Made by a program: the position numbers and the translations under genes
Notes under the pieces: model-generated
What the model was told of the DNA's origin: nothing
Database searches by the model: none
The model's input: the letters and a program-made list of their open reading frames with translations, nothing else
Part shown: positions 39,337-51,100 of the stretch, piece after piece
How the letters are laid out: the number at the start of each line of letters is the position of its first letter
How positions within the stretch are numbered: position 1 is the first letter of the stretch
Assembly (NCBI GenBank): GCA_951406725.2
Contig: OX597827.1
Location: 21,762,001 to 21,826,000 of the forward strand
Direction of reading: 5' to 3'
DNA: 64,000 nt
Origin: Octopus vulgaris
Lineage: Eukaryota

Positions 39337-42300
39337 TGATGATGATGATGATAATAATAATATTTGTACAGGAATCAAATCAGATGAATCCAATAATGAA
39401 AAATTAATGTTTCAAATCCGTCCAAAAATGTTTTTACATTCATTTTATTTTGACAATGAAGCTTTTCATTACTTCACAGAAATTTTAAGGGTTGCATTTG
39501 TGACCCCTGTTCATGACCCTATGGTTCACTGACTTGTATGTTGCATGGGTTTTGAAACAAATACCCTATGTAAGTATGATAAAGAAGTAAACCAAGAATA
39601 TAATTTATTTTAATTTTTATCATTTCTAGATTCAAATTTCAGCACTCCATTAATAAACGATACACAAAATGCTGTGACACCCAGAACAGAGCAGGTATGC
39701 ATTTGATATTTCCCTTCATTGCAAAATCAGGAATACTTGTTGCCAATAGACATATATGTATGTGGTTTGTTTTGTTTTCATAAAAGGATATGTATTTAAC
39801 ATGCATTCCTTTACATTCTATGATGAACACCAAAATAAATGCTATTCTTATGTACAAAACACCAATTGATAAACTATGTTTATCACATTTGCTTTAGATC
39901 CAAGTAAGGAGTAGCCCTTTGCTGTAAAAGTTTTCACCTAAGCCCTGGAGTTTAGGGCATCACTTCATACTCAATAACCTGTTTACTGCCAAACCCAACA
40001 ACACCCATTTTTATACAAATGACATGACCCTTCATTTTTGTCTAATTCTCCCTAATCATGCAGATCTACATACGTTGTAAACACCACATACCGAACCTGC
40101 ATTGAATCCATAAATGGAAATCTTGAGAGCAAGCCACCCCATCATTTACAGGGGCCCTACAAAATGTCGTCCTTGTTCTTCTCTAATTTACAAAGAAAAA
40201 GACTGTTTGGTGTCAGTAAGAGCTTAGGTTTTGAACTCCTCAACCCTAGTTTATAACTGGTATCTGTTTAGAGATGCAGACATAACTGAAACCTGTGGCA
40301 TTATTTCTATTCAGATGAAAGCTGTAAGCTGGCAGAAGCATTTGCATGTTGGACAAAATGCTGCTAAGCATTTTGTCCAACATTCTGAGTTCAAATTCTA
40401 CTGAGGTCAACTTAGCCTTTCATCCTTTTTGGGGTTGATAAAATAAGCACCAGCTGAGCACTGGGAGAGTGGGTGGGGGGCTCAATGGTATCAACTGACC
40501 CTTTCCCCGAAAAAGTTGCTGGCCTTATGCCAAAATTTGAAATCATTATTTTCATTTAATTTAATTCAAATAAAAAAATACAAAAACACTGCCATCTTGT
40601 TTTTATTGAATATTTTAATTATATTTCAGGAGATTTTAAATTATACATATGCTGTTCTGTGTGCAAACTATCCCTTTTTGGTTCTTTCAATATGTGGCAT
40701 TGTAAAGAATTCTCTAGACAATGGTCAGAGCAGTTTTAGATATTCTATGATCTTCCAACCTGTTTTTGCTGAAGAAACCAACTTGAAAACTGTCTCACTG
40801 CAACTGATATTCTACTTACGAAGTGCCTTTGGCTTTCAAATGTCTGAACATACTGCTTCACTGAATTCCAAACAGCCAGAATTGGTAAGTTGTTTTCACC
40901 CTTTTGTTACCATATTTCTTGTTGACCTATACTGCCTTTCATTATCATTATCATCATCATTGTTTAATGTCTGCCTTCCATGCTAGCATGGGTGGGACGG
41001 TTTCACGAGCCAGCCAGGCAGAAGCCTGCACCACTCTGTTATCGTTTTGGCAGGATTTTTACAACTGGATGCCCTTCCTCAGCAGAGTGGACTTAGTTCT
41101 TTTTACGTGGCACAGACGAGGTCAGTTTTGGCAAGGTTTTTACAGCTGGATGACCTTCCAAATACCAATCATTTTATAGTCTGGACTGGGTGCTTTTAAG
41201 TGGCACCTGCACTGACAGGGTCACCAAGTACTTGCAAGACACACAAAAAAAGAAACTTTCGAGAGATGAGGGGGAACTGGAGAAGGTGAGGAAAATAATT
41301 TTGTCTCTATTAAGTTAGTGTTTGGAACTAAATTAATATGATATTTAGATGGCAAATTTTAATTTAAATCACTTTAGAAGAGGAAATTTGTATCAAAGAA
41401 CCAGGTTGGTGTCAAAGACATTTACCAGTTCTGTGACAATGTAACTCATCCTGTAGGCTATACAGGGTTGTTAAGAGTATTTAACATTTTTATACCAATC
41501 TAGTTGTGACCACCTCTCCAGCAATACAGAGCTTCTGTTTTAAAGTTTCTACATTACAGCCTTTCACCAAAATTGCATGTTAATTCATGTTCCAAATAAC
41601 AGCTAAATAATGGCTAAGTTATTATATGGAATTCTTCATTATTTTCAAAATTGCCACAAAGGTATGTTAACCGAAATATAGTGAAAAAGGCATTGAATAT
41701 ATAAATAAAACAGAAAGGAGTTAAATATATCAATAAGACAGAGTAGGTCTTCCCAACTTGACCAGAATAGATAATTATATAAAGTGCAGCATCGCCTTAC
41801 GGGCACCTGTGCCGGTGGCATGTGTAAAAAGATTTGAGCAAGGTCATTGCCAGAACTGCCTGACTGGCCCCGTGCCAGTGGCATGTAAAAAGCACCCACT
41901 ACAGTCTTGGAGTGGTTGGCGTTAGGAAGGGCATCCAGCTGTAGAAACTCTGCCAGATCAAGATTGGAGCCTGGTGCAGCCATCTGATTCGCCAGCCCTC
42001 AAAATCATCCAACCCATGCTAGCATGGAAAGCGGACGTTAAACGTTGATGATGATGTTAAATTATAAAATTCTTGATAAATCTAGTTTGAAATTTGGTCT
42101 AAGTTCCTGTTGGAATCATGCTGTATTTGTTGAGAAATTTTGCAAGTTCCCATTCTCTTCGCTTAAAATTTCCCAGCTCTTTCCTTTCTAAAATATATAT
42201 ATACCTCTTATTTCTAACAAAGTTGGTGCTACTCTGCACTGTCAGTCACAATTAGTGATAGCTGAATTCTTCCTTTTTGGTTTTACATTGCTTATAGCCA

Positions 42301-43127
42301 CCTTTATTATATATATATGGTCTGATCAATATGTATCCAGACCGTTGCCATATTAACAAAACTAAAGCAAGCAGAGTGAAACCTCTTGGTATGGATTGAC
42401 CTTGACCTCTGCTATGCATGTGCATTAAGTTTTAACATTGTAACTCATTTCCCCCGTTTACAGCAGTGCTTGGAAGGAAGGTGTGTAGCATGTGGTCATC
42501 GCATTGGCTATGACAGAGAAAGCTGAGCAGAGAATCTGCATCAAATTTTGCCAAAAGCTTCACAATACCTGCTCAGAGGCCTACACAAAGTTTTCAAAGT
42601 TCTTGACACAATCAAGGAGATCTTGTGCAACTGAAACCCGAGTGTCTTCCTGCTCAGTTGAAAGCAGTTTTGGCACTAAATTGGCAGACACGTGTCTCAT
42701 ACCCAAATCTTCAGTGATAACAGGCACATCTGCGATATTTTTCTCAGTTCTCCTGGTTGCTGGTCTTCCAGAATGTTTGTCACTATTGATATTTTTTCAG
42801 CCATCTTGAAAACCTCTGAACCACTCGTATGCTTGTGTGCAGCTCATACACTTCTCTCCATACACTTTCTACAACGTTGTGTAGGCCTCTAAGCAGGTAT
42901 TGCCATGACAACTTTCTCTGTCATGGTCAATGCAACAATCACATGCTACACACCTACCTTCCAAGCACTGCTGTAAACAGTGGAAGTGAGCTACAATGTT
43001 AAAACTTAATGTGCATGCACAGCAGAATTCAAGTGCAATCTGTCCCAAGCGGCTTCACTCTGCATGCTTTAGCTTCATTACTATGGCAACAGTCCAGATA
43101 CTTATTGATCATACCTCGTTATATATA

Positions 43128-43211
<84 letters not shown>

Positions 43212-43374
43212 GATGCCGTTTTTTTCTCTCCTTGTTCTTTTCTGTGTATCATTCTGTCGAAGAGCATAGGCTCGATACGTAAAAGATTTTTTCTATTCCT
43301 GAGCACTATACTAATACATATGTTTGTTTGTACTCCACCTGCCTTCGTCTTTTGTTTATTTTCGTAAACTTTCC

Positions 43375-43418
<44 letters not shown>

Positions 43419-46400
43419 TCATGTATGTACGTATAGTGTTTGAAGTGGTGTACAGATATTGTATATTGAAAAAAAGGAGACAGTCAGAATTTTTGATAAT
43501 TCTTTATTAATATTTCATTTGTTTAACTGAATACTTCAAGACAAAAGTTAAAACCAATATATATATATATATCAATTATCTTTTATTAGTAATTATAATT
43601 ATATATTTAGTTTAATTTGGAGATAACTTCTGAGATTTTTTTTAAATGCATCCCTGTTATCAGCATCATAATTTTGCATCTGTTTTCCATGCTAGATTGG
43701 TTGTCATGATCTGAGTTACTTCTCATTTACAGACACTGTTCTTATAGACTGGTGCTCATACATACCATTTGGCTGGGTTTCTACCCCTGGATGCCCTTCC
43801 TGCCACCAACAATTTACAGAGTGCATTAGGTGCAATTTCTCATGCCCCCCCTCTCTACACAGGTTGAATTGCCCTTGATGAGATAAGACTAGAGGCACCT
43901 CATAACCCTACACTTCCTCTGATCATTTAACCAATCACTTCACTGAATGAACAGTTGGTGTATGGTGGTGGGGTGGGTTGGACTGGTGCCTGGTAACTTT
44001 AGATAGGGAGCGCATTCAGCATTCCGTACCCTAAAGTGTGTCGACTGAACTAGGAAAGGAGATGGAACCCTGGCAACAGGAAAGCCAGAAATGGGGAGTT
44101 GAGAGGAGGAGGGGCTGGGGGGTGTAGATGTAGAGAGTACTCTCAATAATCGAGGGGTGTATACTTTTGTGTTTTAATTTTGTTTCACTTTTCTTTTTTT
44201 CTTTCCTTCCCTCAGTTGCTTGCTGATGATTTAGGGACAAGACTGAGTTTGCTTGAGCGCAACGTCAATACATTTTATCAACCAGAGCAATTCACTGTGA
44301 GTATATCATCATCATCATCATCATCATCATCCTCATAGACTATAATTTTGTATCTAATATGATTATTATTTACAATCTTAGTACACACACACACACACAT
44401 ACGTACATACAGTGTGTTGTTTGACAACTAGTGTTGGTTTGTTTATGTTCCCATGATTTAGCAAGTCAACAAAAGCGATTGATGGAAATTAGTACCAGAC
44501 TTAAAAAAAAAAACCTGGTGTCAATTTATTCAACTAAACTCTTCAAAGCAGTGCCCCAGCTTGGCCACATTTCGATGACTGAAACAAGGAAAAGATAAAA
44601 AGTATCGACTTCTGGCTTTCGTACAGATTTTTTAAGGAAATCCTAATTTAGTTAAATCTTTGCAGAATTATTATTTCTCATTTGTATTAGTATTAATTGC
44701 AAGGTGAGACCACATTTCTTTGGCAGAAGAAAATAGTTCAAGCGAGATGATAACTTTCAAAATAATATATTACAGGCGCAGGAGTGGCTGTGTGGTAAGT
44801 AGCTTGTTTACCAACCACATGGTTCCAGGTTCAGTCCCACTGCGTGGCACCTTGGGCAAGTGTCTTCTACTATAGCCTCGAGCTGACCAAAGCCTTGTGA
44901 GTGGATTTGGTAGACGGAAACTGAAAGAAGCCTGTCGTATATATATATATGTGTGTGTGTGCGTGTATGTTTGTGTGTCTGTGTTTGTTCCCCTAGCATT
45001 GCTTGACAACCGATGCTAGTGTGTTTATGTCCCCGTCAATTAGCAGTTCGGCAAAAGAGACCGATAGAATAAGTACTGGGCTTACAAAGAATAAGTCCCA
45101 GGGTCGAGTTGCTCGATTAAAGGCAGTGCTCCAGCATGGCCGCAGTCAAATGACTGAAACAAGTAAAAAGAGAAAAAGAGAGAAAGAGATTTTATTATGA
45201 CTTCATAAAGTCAATCTAAAAACCTTCACATACCATTCTATTGTGAAACAGATTCACATACCATTCTATTGCAAAACAGATTCACATACCATTCTATTGC
45301 AAAACAGATTCACATACCATTCTATTGCAAAACAGATTCACATGCCATTCTATTGTGAAATAGATTCACATACCGTTCTTTTGTGAAATGGTTTCACACA
45401 CCATTCTACAGTTAAACGGTTTCACATATCTTTTTTTCTTCAGAATAATAATTATGAGAATTGGAAAAAAGAAGAAAGGTCACTCCTTGGTTTTTTACTT
45501 CAAATGATTGGTCGAAACAATATTCCAAAAGTCAAGGACGACTCTACTTTAAGATTGAGTGAAATACACAGCCATTATCAATGTTTGTCTGAAAGGCTAT
45601 TTCTGTAAGTTTGTTGAAAAATATTTGCTTGTTTTTTCTTTCTTTTTTTTTTGATATCATAATTCTTGCAAAAGATATTGGTTCAAGGTAAACACCTGAA
45701 ATATTAAAAGTGTCTTTGTTTGTCATTAATAATGAATTAATGATAAAAAATTCCAGATGGAATCTGTTTTATTTAATTTTTTGATTTACAAACTGCTGAG
45801 GATGAAACCTCATCTCCTGAATATTGGTTTCAAATTTTGGCACAAGGCCTGCAGGTGGTGGGGAGGATAAGTTGATTACGTTGACCCCAGTGCTCTGCTG
45901 GTACTTACTTTATCAACCCCAAAAAGATGAAAGGCAGAGTCCAAGTCAGCACAGTCATTCCCTCAATAGTAATTACATCATCCTCATCAATTTGGCAGAA
46001 CTTGAAAAGATTGTAGTGACGTCATGTTCCAGTGTGCGCACACGCAACGTCATTCTTCAGTGTGCGTGTGCAGAACGTCACCTTTGTAGTGACGTCATAT
46101 TCCAGTGTGCACACACGCAACGTCATTCTTTAGTGTGCGTGTGCGGAACGTCTTTCTTCAGTGTGCGTGTGCGGGGTTGGAACCTTCTGGAACCTTCTGG
46201 AAAGGCATAAGGAAGTTTCCCCATGCACATGCGCTAGAGACTGAAGAATAAATTCTAGAGCGTTCCTTAATAGCGTTGGGGATTTGAGACACGGCGATAG
46301 AAGAGAAAGGACGTATATTTTGAATCCTGTGATCAGCCTATTCTCCTGTCCCAGACACTTAGGATTTAACCTGTTCTTCTGCTGCTGAATTGTTGTAAAG

Positions 46401-47558
46401 CTTACAAACGTTTGAATTCAGTCTTGCTGCGTTGAACTAGGTGGATACCAGCATACTATCGTGTTTCATTGTTGAAACCAGAAAATAAAGAATTATATAT
46501 ATTTTTTAACTTGCTTTTCGTTCCTGACTGGTAGTTTCTAGAAACAAAAAGAAAGGAAATTGTGTTGCACCCAAGTTGCACCCCAAAAGTGTAAAGAAGC
46601 AACCAGTTCCCATTACAAGATCATCACTTCTACACCCTGCCTCCGCCTATTAACTTAAATATGAATCCTAATTAAACTCAAGCTGTGTTTGCTTGCCTCC
46701 CCTACTCTTTCACCCCTCTCTCTTTATCTATGTTTGTCCCCCTCTTTCTCTTACGCTATACCTGTTTCTTCCTTTATATCTCTCACTGATGTCTGGTCAG
46801 CTGATCGCACTGAATCATTGCATCCCACATGATTTTGCAATCTTCATTCTCGGTGATTCCTTCTGGGGTTTTCTCACACTGTGTCTTTGCTCTTTGCAGG
46901 CCATGATTTCCACAGAGGTCCCAATGGATCATTCTTGCCACATTGTCATAGTCTCTTTTGTACTTGTATTGTGTCATTTTGATCCACTCACTAATGATGT
47001 GCCATACCGTTTCACCCCTCTCACCACACATTCTGCATTTGTCACTGTCAGTAGTATTGTACTGCACTTTATATAGCTGGTCCTTAATGCTTGATCTTGG
47101 GCTGCTCATGAGTGCTTCTGTCTCTATCTTCAGGTTACTCCATAGTCTTCCATAGTCACTGGTCCTCTATCTGTCTTGGCATTCACATCTCTTCTAAACT
47201 GACCATGCATTTCTTTTTCCTTCCATGCTTTTTCGTTTTTCTTGTTTAAATTTTTCTTTCATTACACAATTTTCAATTTTGATGATGCCGGCCTTCTTTG
47301 CATGTTTCAACAGTGGCTCCACAGCATTTTTTATATACCACCCTAAGCTGTTTCCCTTTGCTTTGATACAGTCCTAGCAACTGATCAAACCTCTCCCACC
47401 CTTTCTTCTTGACAAGTACAGCCAATTGGTGTCACACATAGGGTGAAAGGCTCTGTGTGCTGTCAACATTTTTCTGGTCTGGGTATCCATTTTATAATTC
47501 CATAAAATGGTAAAAGAAAGGAGTGAATAAAAACGAAAAAAACAAAACAAAATACAAC

Positions 47559-47592
<34 letters not shown>

Positions 47593-48164
47593 CAGTACCA
47601 GGCAGTGGCAATGCCCTGATGCAGTACCAGGCAGTGGCTCTCGTGGCTGCTGATCTTAACTGATTGGAAGTGTTATCATGTACATTGTTTTGTCTTGGTA
47701 TAAAAGATGGACTACAGCAAATGTTCTGCTCAATACCACAGATTTGCTTCTCAGTTGTTTGGCCATAACCAGTTGACCATGTCCCTTAGTGGCTGATGAT
47801 ATGTGCATCTCTGATCACGAGCAGAAGTAGTGGGGGAGCATCATAGCCATGTGTTGAGAGGAATTCTTTGGGGTTTGAATAATTCACCTCTGGAAACAAG
47901 GGTATTTCATTCAACATCCTTAAACAACCCTTATGCAGGGACCTTTTGAGCGGGACAGGTTACTCGACCAGAAGAAAATTCTTAGTGGGCCCCACCTGCA
48001 AGATTATGTGCTGTTTATCTTGATATGAGATCACCATGTTGCGCACATATGGTTGTGATGCATGTGCCTGGTGTACCCTTATCAAACGGGTAGTCATGAT
48101 GAGTATACAGGGCTTCATATATTTTACCCCAGTGTCACTTTGATGGCATGCACTGCTTTCTCAC

Positions 48165-48196
<32 letters not shown>

Positions 48197-51100
48197 TATA
48201 ATAATAATTATAATAATAATTATTATTATTATATGAACACTCACAGCTTATTTTGCTGGGTATGATGGAAAGTGCCATCTGTGTACAGCCAGCAGACTAA
48301 GGTGACACTTGTTTACTGGTCATGCTTCAAGAACCCTGCAAAGAATTCTTGCAGTTCCAAGCAATGTTGATTTTTGTAGGTGTTCTACCTTCACACTTGC
48401 ACCGATCTTTTCCAGCCATGTTGGTAGCTGAGTGCTGATACTTCCAAGTACACCAATTACTATTCGTATCACGTCCACTCTCTTCATTGACCACAACCTT
48501 TGTATTTCCCACTTTAAATTGTCTTAGTATTCTTAGTTTATTATTGTTGTTGTTGTTGTTGATGTCGTTATTTCTTTTTCTTCCAATCCTAAGTTATGAT
48601 AAAAAATGCCTGGAATCGATTGGGAATCAGCTGTATGTATATTCCAACTATTCTGCTTACATCTTGGAAGAGTTTGGTCTTCGTTACGGTGTGGTGAGTG
48701 GATTTCTTTGCTCTTTATTCTCTGTAGCTTTCTTCTTGAATTCTAAACTATATTGAAATAACGGACATATTAAGAATTAGAATGATGAAGCTAATTAGCA
48801 ATTCCTCAGACAAACCAAAACTTTAATACCTCAAACTGTTGTCTTTGTCACTTGGGGAAGAGAAATGGAACCAACCATGACATGGATTAACTGTTAAACT
48901 CTCTTGGTCATTGCTGAACCATTTCCATACCAGTTTCTCTTCAACTACCTTTGCTTTACTCTTTTGTCTTTTACTGGTTTCACTTATTAGACTGTGGCCA
49001 TGCTGGGGCACCACCTTGAAGAATTTTAGTTGAACAAATCGATCTCAGTACTTTTTGGGGACATAAACACACCACCACCAGTTGTCAAGCAGTGGTGGGG
49101 GACAAACAGACAGAAGACACAGACACACACACACGCGCGCACATGTACACATACATATGTACATACATACATAAATACATACATACATGTCTATATACAA
49201 CAGGCCTCTTTTAGTTTCCATCTACCAAATCCACTCTCAAGGCTTTGGTTGTCCTGGGTGCCACACAGTGGTACTGAACACAGAACCATGTGGTTGGGAA
49301 GCAAACTTCTTACCACACACCCACACCTGCACCTATATACAAACAATGTCTATTTAAAAATTTTAATATTTCAATTAAAATCCTCCAACATGATTTTATG
49401 TAGATGATGACGACGACGACAAAATTCTTCAAATTCTTGGTTGTTTTTTAATTTAATTGGAACTTGTAAACAGTGAATCTTATTAGAAAGATTAGTTTCA
49501 AGTTTTGGCGTAATGTCAGTCTCCGGAATATTGTTAGGAAATAGTTAATGGCACCTTCTTCTTTGGGGAGCTGTGAATGGCAGCTTGGACTGTAATACAT
49601 GAGTTTTCTTTGCAGTTTTCTCTTTCAGTCTATAAGGATGCACACAGAGTTCTAAATATTGGCTACATGTCATGGAATTGAAATCATATACAATTGCATA
49701 CATATATGCATATGTGAGTGCATGTGTGTGTGTATGCGTGTATGTGTGTGTGTATGTATGTATGGTGGGGGGGTGTATGTGTATTCGCCATTTTCGAACA
49801 CACAAAAAGTGTTACATTTACTTAGTTATTTTTTGCACAAACTGTTTATTATGAATTGTGGAAACAGTTTTGCCACAATTCTTCCATTTGGTCACAATTC
49901 CATAGCTTCTCTTATTTCAAGAACTGAATTGCAGAAGTAAGACAAAACCTGTTGACACTTCTTCATAACAAATTCTACTTTTAATGAAATAAGCTAAAAG
50001 TGAATATAATTAGGTTTTGTCTTCTTAAATGATCAAACTCTTTTACAAAGTGTTTGTTTTATATAGTCACATTTCTATCCACATACTAAACAAATGCAAC
50101 TATGATATGTTTTTTTTAAATATATTTCCTAAAATCCATATTCTATCAAATTATGTTAATCTATAAAATATTGGCAAAATTTTTAAAGGATTTGTTTTTG
50201 TTTTTATACAGGGTTTCCTTTACAGGCTCATTGTTTACCTTGATTTACTTGTGAAATATTTTGATCAAAAATTCTCCAAGATTAAACACATATATCACAC
50301 CCTTCAGACTATCTGGTCAACATTTCCTGAGGACAAACAAAATTTGACTGCCACTCAAAAAGAAGTAAGATTTTCTTCCAGTTGTTTTCTGTTTTTTTTT
50401 TCTGTTGATAAATCTGAAGTCTACCATCATCATCATTATCATCATCATCATCGTTTAACATCCGCTTTCCATGCTAGCATGGGTTGGATGGTTTGACTGA
50501 GGGCTGGCGAACCAGATGGCTGCACCAGGCTCCAGTCGTGATCTGGCAGAGTTTCTACAGTTGGATGCCCTTCCTAACGCCAACCACTCCGAGAGTGTAG
50601 TGGGAGCTTTTACGTGCCACCAGCATGAGGGCCAGTCAGGCGGTACTGGCAACGGCCACACTCAAATGGTGTTTTTTACATGCCACCTGCACAGGAGCCA
50701 GTCCAGCGGCACTGATAATGACCTCACTCGAATGTTTTTTCATGTGCCACCGGCACAAGTGCCAGTAAGGTGACGCTGGTAATGATCATGCTCGAATGGT
50801 CGCTGGTAATGATCACGCTCGAATGGTGCTTTTTACGTGCCACCAGCACGGAAGCCAGTTAGCCGCTCTGGCAACGATCACGCTCGGATGGTGCTCTTAG
50901 CGCTCCACTAGCACGGATGCCATTGTTTAAAACTTTCAAAACTGGTATTACTTAGAAATACTCAAATGTTTATAATGTTATGTTACAAGTCTGTAGATTC
51001 CACGTGTATGACAGATCTTACCAGCATGCATTATCAAAGAATGTTTCTCTAAATACTTTGTACAGTATTTTGGTAATATACACATGGTTGGTTCCCTGCA

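Noticed and set aside
45225-45428. 28-bp palindromic repeats as a CRISPR array
   Set aside because: Units are directly tandem with no unique spacers
47790-47830. CTGATGA as a hammerhead core (also 25155, 32515, 44223)
   Set aside because: No stem II/GAAA/stem III arrangement follows; 44223 lies in a coding exon
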